A stretch of 64,000 bases of DNA from Candidatus Cloacimonadota bacterium (GCA_049903315.1 JBNGBT010000001.1:320001-384000), one strand, 5' to 3'. Positions 38,213 through 48,914 are shown, counted from the stretch's first letter. Notes: a model not told the origin generated them from the letters alone. Translations and numbers: made by a program.

Positions 38213-40447
38213 TTATTGTTTGGGAACCTCCATATTTTTTTCTGGTTCAGGAATTATGAGAACACTATCTTCTTCAATCGAAACCTGAATTGAGTCAATA
38301 ATCGAGAGAGTATCCTGAATTGTATATAAAGAATCCGTAAAGGCTGTGCTATCCTGTACGACGACCAATGAATCAATTATCACTGTGGTATCTTTTTCTA
38401 CTTCAAAAGGAATGAAATGTACCCCATCAAAGAAATCAGAGAGCTCGGATTTCAGCTGGTGTTCAGGATATTTCGTGAAAAACTCTACTAAATATGGTCT
38501 GGCAGAGGTAGTATCTTTGCTCTCTTCTACATAGAGATAGGATTTCAAATATAATGCCTGCGGATAGACTTCCGTGGAATCATAATTTAATAAAATTGTA
38601 TCTAAATATGCATGGCTTTGTTCGAGTGATACAGAATCAAAATAAAAGTCCAATGCTTTTTTCAAATACTGCTGTGCATAGTGTTCATCGGGATCTACCA
38701 GCTCATATGGTTCATTGTTGATAAGTTTTTTTGCTGCGATCGTATATTTTGATTTCGGATAACCAGTTTCAAGAAGCATGTAAATTTCTGAAGCTTGATC
38801 CGCATCCTGAAGTTTCTTCTGATATGTCCAGAGTTTCATAAAAAGTGCTTTTGCAATGATCTCTCTCTCGAATTCCCGAATAGTATTATTAAGATTTTCT
38901 ATTTTCACAAGGAGCTGCTGTTTGGGAGGAACAAGAATTTCCTCTACCTCCGCAAGGGTGGTGTCTGCCATCGTAGTATCAACAAACACGCTGTCTGTAA
39001 AAGATGTATCAAAAACCGCTATTTCTCTGATACTATCAGTAAGTGCTGTGTCGGGTATGGCAGTGAGGATCGAGTCATTTTCGATCTCTGCCATTGTCAT
39101 GGAATCAATAATTGTAACGACAGAATCTTGTTTATGAACTATGAACTCCACTTCAAGGGAATCAGTGACAGAAAGGGTGTCTAAGCCAGTTTCGATCGAG
39201 TCCTGTTCGGGGTAGTAGAGCATCAAAACTTTGTTAAGTGAATCAAGCTCGAGCTTGAGAAGAGGGAGGCGTTCAAGGATCTCGTTGTACATTGCAAGTG
39301 CAGAATCCGGCTGGTTCAGGTCGAAATTATAGTACTCAGCGAGTTGAAATTGGAACTCAACGATCTCTTTTATCTGGCTGCTGCTTTGGATAGTCTGATA
39401 GCTGATGAGCTCCTGAGCTATTTTCAATTTATTATTAGCTTGATCGACCAGTCTCTCACTAAGTTGCTTTATGGTAATAGCCTTAAATTTTTCCACAGCA
39501 AGTTCATAATCCTGTAGTACACTAAAATAAATATCAGCCCAGTAATAATAGATTTCGGATACTATTTTATTTCCCTTATTGTTTTCTATGATAGTCTCAA
39601 ATAATTTGAATGCTTTTTCCGTATTTCCAAGATGGGCTTCACAGAGAGCTATATACATTCTTATTTCAGGAAGTCTGGAATAATCAACTTCAGTTTCATT
39701 TAACCTTTCAAATACTGGCAGCGCTTCTGCATAATTTCCGGTTTCCAAAAAAATATTCCCGATGTAGAATAAGGCATCAAGTTGATATCTTTTGGTTGGT
39801 TTTTCTGCAAGAAAATTTCGAAATGCAAGCTCCGCATTGCGATATTCTCCATTTATATACACTATTTCTGCGTAGAGGAACATTGCTCTGAGATGGGATT
39901 TCCTTTTTAGATCGGTGTTGAGCAGTTCCAAAATTGTATCCTTAGCATCATTAAATTTATTCTTCTTAATGTAATAATCAGCCAGATCGAAGTATGCGTC
40001 TGTGCGAACTTCCTGAAATCTCGGATTTGTGAAGATCGCTGAGAATTGTTTCATGGCTTCATCATATTCTTTCATTCCAAGATAGGTTTTGGCAAGATAG
40101 AGTTTTGCGATCGGATAAAGTTCATATTTGTTATAATACTTTTCATACTCCTGGAATTTTCGAAGAGCTTTTATATAGTATTCTTGCTCATAATAGCATT
40201 GTCCCATCAGCAGAATTGCATTGTCGACCCATTTATTCGTGGGATATTCCTGTATGATGTAAGCGCACTTGCCAATTGAGGTTTCGAATTTCGTGTCGAT
40301 GCCAGGGGATACTTTTCCGTCATTCTTTTCTTTCGCATCCATTGCTTCTGCATAGTATTTTTGCGCATTATAAAAGGTATTATAATAGACGCAACCTGCG
40401 AGTAAAAACAGGACTGATAGAATTAGAAGAAATAAACGGATTTTCAT
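38213..40447 (-). CDS. TPR lipoprotein (SprE/PorW-like N-terminus)
   Basis: LLAGC lipobox, YYNTFYNA, YPTNKWVDNAILLMG, many TPR helices. Confidence 0.7.
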   Translation of the reverse strand: MKIRLFLLILSVLFLLAGCVYYNTFYNAQKYYAEAMDAKEKNDGKVSPGIDTKFETSIGKCAYIIQEYPTNKWVDNAILLMGQCYYEQEYYIKALRKFQEYEKYYNKYELYPIAKLYLAKTYLGMKEYDEAMKQFSAIFTNPRFQEVRTDAYFDLADYYIKKNKFNDAKDTILELLNTDLKRKSHLRAMFLYAEIVYINGEYRNAELAFRNFLAEKPTKRYQLDALFYIGNIFLETGNYAEALPVFERLNETEVDYSRLPEIRMYIALCEAHLGNTEKAFKLFETIIENNKGNKIVSEIYYYWADIYFSVLQDYELAVEKFKAITIKQLSERLVDQANNKLKIAQELISYQTIQSSSQIKEIVEFQFQLAEYYNFDLNQPDSALAMYNEILERLPLLKLELDSLNKVLMLYYPEQDSIETGLDTLSVTDSLEVEFIVHKQDSVVTIIDSMTMAEIENDSILTAIPDTALTDSIREIAVFDTSFTDSVFVDTTMADTTLAEVEEILVPPKQQLLVKIENLNNTIREFEREIIAKALFMKLWTYQKKLQDADQASEIYMLLETGYPKSKYTIAAKKLINNEPYELVDPDEHYAQQYLKKALDFYFDSVSLEQSHAYLDTILLNYDSTEVYPQALYLKSYLYVEESKDTTSARPYLVEFFTKYPEHQLKSELSDFFDGVHFIPFEVEKDTTVIIDSLVVVQDSTAFTDSLYTIQDTLSIIDSIQVSIEEDSVLIIPEPEKNMEVPKQ

Positions 40448-40452
40448 GTATC

Positions 40453-41982
40453 TTATTCTAAGCTGCCCACCACTTTTTCTACTTCTTCAAGAATTTCGCA
40501 TGATCTTACGAGTTCTTTCATTGTTGTATGGTCGGGATAAAGAGGTCTGTCAATGTCGAGGAATTCAACATATTTTCGTATGACTTCTTTTGCTTTTGTA
40601 ACACCAGCGCCAAATTTATATTCTTCTTCGCGAAAATCAAGTGCTTGTGTTGCAGCCATGAACTCGATGCCAAGAATGCCATATGCATTGTCCATGATCT
40701 GGAAATTCTTTATCGCAGTATTCATTCCCATTGAGACAAAGTCCTCCTGATCGGCAGCAGCGGGTATGGACTGAACTGAAGCAGGTGCCGAGAGAATTCT
40801 TTGTTCAACTATCTGCATATCCGCAGTATATTGGCTGAGCATCATACCGGAGAACATACCTGCCCCTTTTGTAAGAAATGCAGGTAAACCCACGCTTAAT
40901 GCCGGATTGTTCAGTCTGTTCATGCGACGTTCTGACATGACAGAAACCATGGTGATCGCTGCACTTATCATATCCATAGGAAGCGAGACAGGAGAGCCCT
41001 GAAAATTTGCGCCGGAAAGTTGAATCTTTTTATCCGGGAAGAAAACCGGATTGTCTCCCACACCATTGAGTTCTATTTCAACTTGTGAGCGAGCATATAC
41101 AATGGCGTCGTGTGCAGCGCCAATAACCTGCGGAGTTGAGCGCATAGAATAGGCATCCTGTACTTTGCATTTAACTCTGCCTTCTGCAAGATCCCCACCT
41201 TTGACAAGTTTACCAATCGATTTTGCACAGCGTATTGCGCCTTTGAATCCACGAGCTTCGTGCAACAACGGAGTATATGGCTTCATGTTTGCTTTAAGTG
41301 CTTCGAGGGACATTGCTGCTGCTATTTCTGCCTGTTTGAGCCATCGGTTGGCATCGTACAGCATTATAGCACTCATCGCAGTTAAAAGGTTTGAGCCATT
41401 GATCGCAGAAAGTCCGTCACGGGCTTTCAAACCTGGAACTGGTATTCCGGCTCTATCCATAGCTTCTTTGCCTTCAAGAAGCTCACCCTTATAATACGCT
41501 TTACCTTCTCCGAGAAGAAGGAGAGCGATCTGGGACATCGGAGCAAGGTCTCCACATGCACCGACAGAACCTTTCTGGCATACAAAAGGTGTAACACCTT
41601 TATTGAGCATCGCTGCCAATGTGAGAGGAATTTCCGGACGGCATCCAGAGTTGCCTTTCACAAGCACATTAATTCTCCCTGCCATAGCACCGCGAACATA
41701 TTCAATAGGAGCTGGATCACCGATCCCAGCAGCATGATTGTATACTAAATAACGTTGAAAATCTTCCATCTGTTCGTCGCTGAGTACAACTTCCGAGAAT
41801 TCTCCAATGCCTGTGTTCACGCCATACATGATTTCATGAGTTTTTATTTTTTCTTCCAGCATTGCACGGCATTTGTTGATGCGGTCGATACTTTCCTGTG
41901 GGATCTCAACTTGTTCATTTTCCCGTGCGATCTTCACGACCTTTTCAATAGTTAAATTATACCCATTCAAAACTATAGCCAT
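40453..41982 (-). CDS. HAL/PAL/TAL family ammonia-lyase, Ala-Cys-Gly variant
   Basis: YGVNTGIG, GSVGACGDLAP, VQDAYSMR, DNP, GANFQG, SERR, QEDFVSMG. Confidence 0.88.
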   Translation of the reverse strand: MAIVLNGYNLTIEKVVKIARENEQVEIPQESIDRINKCRAMLEEKIKTHEIMYGVNTGIGEFSEVVLSDEQMEDFQRYLVYNHAAGIGDPAPIEYVRGAMAGRINVLVKGNSGCRPEIPLTLAAMLNKGVTPFVCQKGSVGACGDLAPMSQIALLLLGEGKAYYKGELLEGKEAMDRAGIPVPGLKARDGLSAINGSNLLTAMSAIMLYDANRWLKQAEIAAAMSLEALKANMKPYTPLLHEARGFKGAIRCAKSIGKLVKGGDLAEGRVKCKVQDAYSMRSTPQVIGAAHDAIVYARSQVEIELNGVGDNPVFFPDKKIQLSGANFQGSPVSLPMDMISAAITMVSVMSERRMNRLNNPALSVGLPAFLTKGAGMFSGMMLSQYTADMQIVEQRILSAPASVQSIPAAADQEDFVSMGMNTAIKNFQIMDNAYGILGIEFMAATQALDFREEEYKFGAGVTKAKEVIRKYVEFLDIDRPLYPDHTTMKELVRSCEILEEVEKVVGSLE

Positions 41983-41999
41983 AGTGAGCTCCTTTTATG

Positions 42000-43586
42000 T
42001 TATAATTCGGTTGTAATTAGTCGGAGTGTTTTTTCTATGTCAATATATGCAACTTTATCCCGATCCCAGAAACTCACTCCTGCATTACGCAGCTTAGTAT
42101 AGATTCCCAAAGTTTTCTTCCCAAAGGTATGCTCTGGTGTTTTATTTTCGAAGTCGGGATCGATTCGTAGTCTCAAATCAAGTGCCTGGCATGCAGTGAT
42201 GTATTCGATAGCGATTATTTTTCGCACATTTTCCAGAATTTCTCTGAACTGCCTGGCAGCGATCGTGCCCATGGACACGTGGTCTTCGACATCTTCACTC
42301 GTTGGAATGGAATCCACGCTCGCAGGATGCGCAAGCACTTTATTTTCGGAAACCAAAGCTGCTGCCGTATATTGAAGGATCATAATGCCACTTTGCAAGC
42401 CCGGGTCTGTAGTGAGCATGCTGGGAAGTCCGTGACTCAAAAACTGAGAAGTAAGTTTAAAAATTCTTCTCTCCGATATATTTCCAAGTTCAGCAATAGC
42501 AATTTTTAAAAAATCACAGACCTGTGCAATAGGCTCACCATGAAAATTTCCACCCGAGAATGCTTTGATAGGTCTGTCTGCTTCGGGAATGATAAGTGGA
42601 TTATCCGTAACTGCATTAGCTTCGCGCTCAATGATATTGGCTGCAAAATCGAATGTTTCTTTGATTGGACCAACAACTTGCGGAAAGCATCGCAAAGAGT
42701 AGCTGTCCTGCACTTCGGATTTTCTCGAGTCTATCAGTGCACTGCCTTCGATAAATTCCATAACTTTTCTTGCGATTTCAATCTGACCTTTTTGTCTGCG
42801 GAGTTGATGAATTTTTGGTTGGAATGCATCGGATACGCCTCGCAATCCCTCGAGAGAAGCAGTGAAAATCTTTATTGCATTTTCAAGGAGAATCTGTGCT
42901 TCGACAAGCGCAAGCGCAGCGATCGCAGTCATGACATTAGTGCCGTTGTTCAGTGCGAGTCCTTCTTTTGCATCAAGTACTACACGATCGATACCTGCAT
43001 CGTGCATAGCTTTTAGTCCGGAAATTGTTTTTATGGAACAGTTATCCCGGTCAGTATTCTCTTCAATTATTACCCGACCGCTATATTCTTCAAGTTCCTG
43101 TTCTTCACCGCGGGATAGTACTAGGATGATATGTGAAATCGGTGCTAAATCTCCGCTTGCACCCACAGAACCTTGTGCAGGTACTGCCGGGTGAACTCCT
43201 TTGTTCAACATCTCAATAAGCGTTTCAAGAGTATTTAGTTTGATACCGGAGTATCCACTAGCAAGAGAATTGATTCTGAGGAGCATACTCGCTCTCACGG
43301 TTTTTACAGGAAGATAATTTCCTACTCCCGTGGAATGGCTGATGATGAGATTTCTTTGCAGTTCTTTCAATTTTTCAGGAGCAATACGCTTATCTTTAAA
43401 AGCCCCAAAACCTGTATTCACACCATACACGACATAATTTTTCTTTATAATTTCATCGATACAATCACGGCATTTCTGAATCTTTCTCTTCGCTTCCTCA
43501 GTAAGAGCAACCTTTGCTTTTTGTTCGGCTACTGAGTAAATCTGCTCAAGAGTTAAGGATGTGCCGTCTAAGTAAATCGTGTCCAT
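42000..43586 (-). CDS. hutH: Histidine ammonia-lyase
   Basis: YGVNTGFG, LIISHSTG (Ser-His), GSVGASGDLAP, QDSYSLRC, GGNFHGEP, EDHVSMG; start at ATG 43586. Confidence 0.88.
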   Translation of the reverse strand: MDTIYLDGTSLTLEQIYSVAEQKAKVALTEEAKRKIQKCRDCIDEIIKKNYVVYGVNTGFGAFKDKRIAPEKLKELQRNLIISHSTGVGNYLPVKTVRASMLLRINSLASGYSGIKLNTLETLIEMLNKGVHPAVPAQGSVGASGDLAPISHIILVLSRGEEQELEEYSGRVIIEENTDRDNCSIKTISGLKAMHDAGIDRVVLDAKEGLALNNGTNVMTAIAALALVEAQILLENAIKIFTASLEGLRGVSDAFQPKIHQLRRQKGQIEIARKVMEFIEGSALIDSRKSEVQDSYSLRCFPQVVGPIKETFDFAANIIEREANAVTDNPLIIPEADRPIKAFSGGNFHGEPIAQVCDFLKIAIAELGNISERRIFKLTSQFLSHGLPSMLTTDPGLQSGIMILQYTAAALVSENKVLAHPASVDSIPTSEDVEDHVSMGTIAARQFREILENVRKIIAIEYITACQALDLRLRIDPDFENKTPEHTFGKKTLGIYTKLRNAGVSFWDRDKVAYIDIEKTLRLITTEL

Positions 43587-43587
43587 A

Positions 43588-44280
43588 TCAGAAGTGTTTC
43601 TCAAGGGAGAGTGTAAATCTCTGAAGAATGTGGTCGTAACCGCAATTCAGCGAGACAGTATTTTCCTTGGTAATTCCTTTATTGTAACGATGCACAGATT
43701 GCACTGCCTTGACCATACTCACCAATCTGTTTACAAGCATTCCCGCAATTGTAAATTTAGAGATGATCTTATATTTATTTTTCTCGCGCCGAAGTTCGCC
43801 GTATTTATACCACACATCCGTCGAACCCCAATCCCATGCTTGATCTCCTATATAAAGATATTCTTCGAGGAATTGATCGAACTCCTCTTGTGTCCAATCA
43901 CCGTAATATAAACCATTACGTGCATAAAGGCGAACATGATTATTGTATTCCTCACTTGAATAGTAATCCTGAAGAAGTTCATAATAAAGATCATCAGCAT
44001 TCGTGATTTGTGTTCCGGATTTAGCATCTGCGTATTTCTTGTAATCGTTCTCCGCCCATTTTGCCTGTTGCAAAAAGTTGAAATAACCCAGCCACAACAA
44101 TGTCTCAGTCGCAAGACTTGCAATTCCCGATGCGGTGTTTTTTGCATATAATTCACCTGTTCCTGGAATGGCAAAGGACATCAACGCTGCCAGTGCTTTT
44201 GATTTGGGTTTTTGAGCATGAAGTATTGAAGTGCTCAGTACGATAATAATAAGTGCGATGATTAAAAATTTATATTTCAT
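43588..44280 (-). CDS. Secreted/membrane hypothetical protein (A.xxSxxxPGxGxLY motif)
   Basis: Signal peptide; KSKALAALMSFAIPGTGELY; C-terminal Phe. Confidence 0.7.
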   Translation of the reverse strand: MKYKFLIIALIIIVLSTSILHAQKPKSKALAALMSFAIPGTGELYAKNTASGIASLATETLLWLGYFNFLQQAKWAENDYKKYADAKSGTQITNADDLYYELLQDYYSSEEYNNHVRLYARNGLYYGDWTQEEFDQFLEEYLYIGDQAWDWGSTDVWYKYGELRREKNKYKIISKFTIAGMLVNRLVSMVKAVQSVHRYNKGITKENTVSLNCGYDHILQRFTLSLEKHF

Positions 44281-47200
44281 TTTGTGATTCCAATCTTAAC
44301 TAATTCGCTTTTTCCGCCAACTTTGACCATTGCGAAATATACTCCTGATGCAACATTGTCAATCGGCCATACATATTCATTATTAATATATGCAGTGATC
44401 TGCTGTTCATCATTGAATAGAATGTCCGCTGCAAGGTTGTAGATTTTGATTGATGATTTTGCATCCTGGTTTGAACGTATTCTTATTCTGACCTGTCCTG
44501 ATTCTGCAGGATTGGGATATGTGAGAATAGTGAATGTCGCAGTCGAATCGGGATTTCCTTCTGAGAGGGCTGTAACACAAGCAGTTCTTTGGGGTCCGTT
44601 TTTATATCCGTTCCAGTAGACCTCAGCAGTAGAATTTTCAGGGGGAGGGAAGGAATACATCTGAATAAGAGAATCAGAAATCGGCAAATACAACATCGAT
44701 GATGTACCGTTCTGAGAGATCAAGGGAGATGCAAGTGCCAGACCGTTCGCAAAGCTATACATTTTCTGAATCGTGCAATTGTTGTCGATCGCCTGAGTCC
44801 AGTTCGAGGAAGTGGGCAGATAGAGCGAAATATTTTCAGCCAAAAAGTCCTGCCCGATTATCGGTGAAACAGATGCTGAATAGGACACATCATAAGGCAT
44901 AACAGGAGTTTTGTTTAAAAATGAGCCATTTGGCTGAAGGATGAATATCATATTGTCCGCAGTAAAGACAACATCATGAATGCCGTCATCATTCACATCT
45001 CCAAGAGAAATGTTGGAAAAATTTGCAACAGGATAGGTGGCAGAGTCAAATATCTGGGTAACAACACCGTCAGCAATGACATATATAGAACCGAAATTAT
45101 CCTGAATATAAATTCTCTGCTGATGAACAAAGTCTTTCATCACGCTCTCTATAAGCGGATAGTGATTTCCGATTTGAGTTCGTATAGGAAATTCTTCAAG
45201 CAGCGTTAATGCTGTGTCATAAATGGCAACAGTATTTTCATGTGTAATTGCAATGAGTTCATCGATAATTGGGTCAAAAGCGATTTTTTCGATATGTGTA
45301 TTTTCCTGTGCAATGACAGTGAGAGCGTCTCCATTAAATCTCAATTTTTTTAAACCAAGATCAGTTGGAACGATGATATCATTTACAGAAACCTGGATTG
45401 GAGAATCGGTGATCCATCTATCGAGTTTGATCCCGGATACTGTGATCGGCGGGTAATGCATGATATCAAAGTGAATGAATGCAATCGAATCCTCCATACT
45501 TGCAATGATGTATTTCTTTTGTGAAATTTCCGCAAGTGAAAGTGGGTGGGTGACCGGTTTGTGGAGTGAAAGAGAATATTCTCCAAAGAGATCGTCAGAT
45601 ATCATCAGCAAGGAATCCGAAGCAGTAACGAGAAGATTGGAGTTGAAAAGGTTATTTTTATAATGAATAAGCTCGTGTGCCGGATTGAATTTCTGCACCG
45701 GTTTGTAGGATGTGATCTGATCATAGGTTTGATACTGAAAAGCAAAGGACATCTCAACACCATAATTGCTTATATCAGTTATCTCAAGCAGAGAATTTAT
45801 ACTTTCGTTGCTGAACGAGTTCGGTCGCGTATTTGGTGCAAGTTTATAATTATGATATCGATTTGTGTCACCGGGAGTCCATGTGCCTGGTTTCGTTTTG
45901 AAAAATGGCTCATAGCAAGTGCCGTATGGAAAATATGAATAAGGATTGCCAATGTCTTCGATGCCATCTGCTTCGACGAGTTTGACTCCGCGACGGGAGG
46001 ATTGAGTGTTCACCATATTCGCATCAAAGCGGTTGTACCAATCATCATCGACTTCAACGAGTTCGTCATAGATCACATAATCATCGATGTGCCAGATGCA
46101 CAATCCGCCGTTCGTTTCAGCATCAAGATATGTGTCATACGTAGGAAGGAAATAGTCAAATTCGTAATTGTTTCGGTCAGTTTCAGGATTCATAGGATAG
46201 AGGGGTACGCGTCCTGTGATGTCATCAACTTTGATGACCGGAGCTCCTTGATTATCCAACTCGACTTCCCGGTTTTCTATCAAAAAATATTCTTTATTAT
46301 TAATAGGAATTTTAACAAATTGAGGAAGAAGCGCATCTGGAAGTTCAGCAGCAAGAACAGTGATTTCCGATGGTGAATCCACAGTGATAAATTTTCCGGA
46401 AGCTTCTAACTCCTTACCCCATATCAAAATGCGGGACCACGCAGATGGTAGCGTCGGAAGAACTGCTTCTATCACAAGGGAATCCGGGGGTGTCTGCATT
46501 GTGTCTATCAGAACTGCGGAGCCAAAACCACCACTGTCCATAATGTCCCAGTACCCAACTGCGGGATACATGTTTGATGTATTATACAAGTCCACAAAAC
46601 CAAGTCCGTGACCGAATTCATGAAAAACTTCAGCATTTATGGAACCAAATCCGTAGATGAAGTGATCATTCTTATAAAAATCCTGAGAAATAGTTTCCGG
46701 GGAGTTACCTCCGGATTTCACAAAATAAGTGCTGTCATTCACTGCAATAGAATCATCTCTCAGATGAAAATAGCAGGATGGAATATCACTGGGTGTGTCA
46801 TAGAAGACATCATGCTGCCAGTCCGAACCGGCATGGATTATCATAATATGATTATACTCAGAAAAGATGATGTCTGGAGTGAGCACAAATTCTGTAGTAT
46901 CCGCAGTAGTAATTGCATCTTTGAAATATTGAATTAATCTGTCTGATTTTAGATCGTAATCTTCTGTATCAGGCCAGTAATATGCCATCTGTTGCGGCAT
47001 TTGATATGCTGTGTCAGCCTGATGAGGGAATATCTTGAAATGGAAATTTTTCTCTTGGAGTGGATTGAAGGTGTTCAGCTCTCCGAGACTCGCAGTTTGG
47101 TAGTAGTATTGCATTGCTTTCACAGTTTGATGAAAGAATGTTGAGTCGTGTGGTGGAGAACCTATAGTACTTATCGAATCCATAACACCATCCACTTCAA

Positions 47201-47519
47201 AGTAATCCCAATGTCCAAAATCAAATGTGCCATTTCCTGTAGTGTTCGGATCATCATCAGGAATGAAATCAACAAGTATGACCAGCAGATTCACTCCTTC
47301 AAAGCCATCTTTTGTGAGACTGGTGAATTTATCAGATAATCCCTGTGTAGAGTATATTTTGTGATGCACTTCAGAAGGAAGCTTTTTTAGTTTCTCATAT
47401 CTCTTCTGCACTTCCTGGGCCGGCAGTTTTTTGAATGTGTAGGAGGGAGATTTGGCATAAAGGAAGAGAGGGAGCATAAGAAAAAGAAATATATATGTGA
47501 GAATTTTTGAAATTTTCAT
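44277..47519 (-). CDS. M6 (immune inhibitor A-like) metallopeptidase with FG-GAP-like region and T9SS-type CTD
   Basis: LLVILVDF, IIHAG, HEFGHGLGFVDLY, WDIMDSG, EYFLIENR, GLCIWHID, LVEADG; GDVNDDGIHDVV; YPNP..IYNLA..SGVYF. Confidence 0.85.
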   Translation of the reverse strand: MKISKILTYIFLFLMLPLFLYAKSPSYTFKKLPAQEVQKRYEKLKKLPSEVHHKIYSTQGLSDKFTSLTKDGFEGVNLLVILVDFIPDDDPNTTGNGTFDFGHWDYFEVDGVMDSISTIGSPPHDSTFFHQTVKAMQYYYQTASLGELNTFNPLQEKNFHFKIFPHQADTAYQMPQQMAYYWPDTEDYDLKSDRLIQYFKDAITTADTTEFVLTPDIIFSEYNHIMIIHAGSDWQHDVFYDTPSDIPSCYFHLRDDSIAVNDSTYFVKSGGNSPETISQDFYKNDHFIYGFGSINAEVFHEFGHGLGFVDLYNTSNMYPAVGYWDIMDSGGFGSAVLIDTMQTPPDSLVIEAVLPTLPSAWSRILIWGKELEASGKFITVDSPSEITVLAAELPDALLPQFVKIPINNKEYFLIENREVELDNQGAPVIKVDDITGRVPLYPMNPETDRNNYEFDYFLPTYDTYLDAETNGGLCIWHIDDYVIYDELVEVDDDWYNRFDANMVNTQSSRRGVKLVEADGIEDIGNPYSYFPYGTCYEPFFKTKPGTWTPGDTNRYHNYKLAPNTRPNSFSNESINSLLEITDISNYGVEMSFAFQYQTYDQITSYKPVQKFNPAHELIHYKNNLFNSNLLVTASDSLLMISDDLFGEYSLSLHKPVTHPLSLAEISQKKYIIASMEDSIAFIHFDIMHYPPITVSGIKLDRWITDSPIQVSVNDIIVPTDLGLKKLRFNGDALTVIAQENTHIEKIAFDPIIDELIAITHENTVAIYDTALTLLEEFPIRTQIGNHYPLIESVMKDFVHQQRIYIQDNFGSIYVIADGVVTQIFDSATYPVANFSNISLGDVNDDGIHDVVFTADNMIFILQPNGSFLNKTPVMPYDVSYSASVSPIIGQDFLAENISLYLPTSSNWTQAIDNNCTIQKMYSFANGLALASPLISQNGTSSMLYLPISDSLIQMYSFPPPENSTAEVYWNGYKNGPQRTACVTALSEGNPDSTATFTILTYPNPAESGQVRIRIRSNQDAKSSIKIYNLAADILFNDEQQITAYINNEYVWPIDNVASGVYFAMVKVGGKSELVKIGITK

Positions 47520-47591
47520 ACGTAACGTTCCGCTATTATTTCTACTCTGTGATGTAGAATCAATTTATATTTTATGTAGATAATACTTAGT

Positions 47592-48644
47592 TTAGAATGT
47601 AACACCTAATGAGAAGGTTTTATTATTAGTGGTCAACTCACCAGCAGGTTGAAGAGCAAAGTCAAAATAGAGTTCTTTTCCTTTTGAGAATTCATAACTG
47701 ATACCACCGCCAAAGGAGAGACCCTGAATATGACCGGCAACATCATTCACATACCCGACGCGAAGAGAGATAAGGTTGTAGTACTTGTATTCAACACCGA
47801 TATTTTCAATCATAGAATCAAGTTCATTTTTAAATCCATCATCACCCCAGGACGTAAAAATTCGTTTCCAGAGTGGATCATTGTTGACCATCATCTTATT
47901 AATGTCACCTGTTACAGTGAGTTTATTGTATTTGTTATCGAATATTCTGTAGGATAAACCAAGCTTGAGATTGAGAGGCATTGGCTGTTTTGATTCTGAG
48001 TTTGCATAACTCATATCTGGACCGAAATTCTGAATGTTCACACCAAAGTCGAGCTTGGGAATGAAGAAATTCTTCTTGAGAAGTCCAAGGTCAACAACAA
48101 AGGTGTAACCCGTTCCTTCAGCATCCATAAGCTCTTCGATAAGAGGTGCAAGACCGCTGATAACGCCTTTTAAATTGATGCCAACTCCGAGATTATCTGT
48201 TAGCTTAGTTCCATAGGAACCGCCAACAGCGATTTCATAACTGGTGAATTTTTGCAGAGGGTGACCTTCGGCATCATATGCTTCCTGTTCTCCATACGTC
48301 ATATAGGTAATATTGAGTCCAACCGTACCGATGCCTTCGAAATATTGAGAATATCCAAGGTATTCATAATACATGTCATCAATGATGTCACCAAACCAGT
48401 TTGAGTGCATAAGACCGAGTTCTGAATTGTCCTGGAAAGCCAGTCCGCCCGGGTTCCACCAGGATGCAAAACCTCCATCTGCAATTGAGACAAAGGAATG
48501 ACCGAGTCCGTTTGGACGTGAGCCCGGTTCAATAAGAAGGAAAATACATGTTGCTTCCGAACCTGCAAAAGCAAACTGTGTGAAAATTACTGTAAAAGCA
48601 ACGATTAAAAGAAGCGAAATGCTGAGTTTATTTTTTATTTTCAT
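47592..48644 (-). CDS. PorV/PorQ family outer-membrane beta-barrel
   Basis: FLLIEPGSRPNGLG, WWNPGGLAF, DLGLL, NIQNFGP, PLNLKLG, LRVGY, C-terminal F. Confidence 0.85.
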   Translation of the reverse strand: MKIKNKLSISLLLIVAFTVIFTQFAFAGSEATCIFLLIEPGSRPNGLGHSFVSIADGGFASWWNPGGLAFQDNSELGLMHSNWFGDIIDDMYYEYLGYSQYFEGIGTVGLNITYMTYGEQEAYDAEGHPLQKFTSYEIAVGGSYGTKLTDNLGVGINLKGVISGLAPLIEELMDAEGTGYTFVVDLGLLKKNFFIPKLDFGVNIQNFGPDMSYANSESKQPMPLNLKLGLSYRIFDNKYNKLTVTGDINKMMVNNDPLWKRIFTSWGDDGFKNELDSMIENIGVEYKYYNLISLRVGYVNDVAGHIQGLSFGGGISYEFSKGKELYFDFALQPAGELTTNNKTFSLGVTF

Positions 48645-48781
48645 GATAAAAACTCCTTTTCATATTTTGAAATTTCATGGGAAAATACCTCAAAACGCGG
48701 TATGTCCGTGTGAGGTGCACGCGATATGTTATTAACTAACAAATAACAATATATGTCACTCCTTTTATAAATATTTTTATC

Positions 48782-48868
48782 TGGTGCCGAAGGCCGGACT
48801 CGAACCGGCACGAACCTAAGTTCGCTGGATTTTGAGTCCAGTGCGTCTACCAATTTCGCCACTTCGGC
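48782..48868 (-). tRNA. tRNA-Leu(CAA)
   Basis: GCCGAAG/CTTCGGC acceptor stem, CTGGA-CTCAAAA-TCCAG anticodon arm, long variable arm, GGTTCGAGTCC, CCA. Confidence 0.97.
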
Positions 48869-48876
48869 ATGGCTAA

Positions 48877-48904
48877 AAGCTACGATGGTCATAATTGATG
48901 TCAA
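48877..48904 (-). promoter_or_regulatory. Putative sigma-70 promoter for tRNA-Leu/porV
   Basis: TTGACA-N16-TAGCTT, 8 nt before the tRNA 5' end. Confidence 0.45.
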
Positions 48905-48914
48905 ATTATTTCTC

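Noticed and set aside
47538..47560. ATTTCTACTCTGTGATGTAGAAT resembles a Cas12a repeat hairpin
   Set aside because: Single copy with the wrong loop length, no spacers and no cas gene
48641..48904. 87-aa ORF
   Set aside because: Overlaps tRNA-Leu on the same strand; spurious
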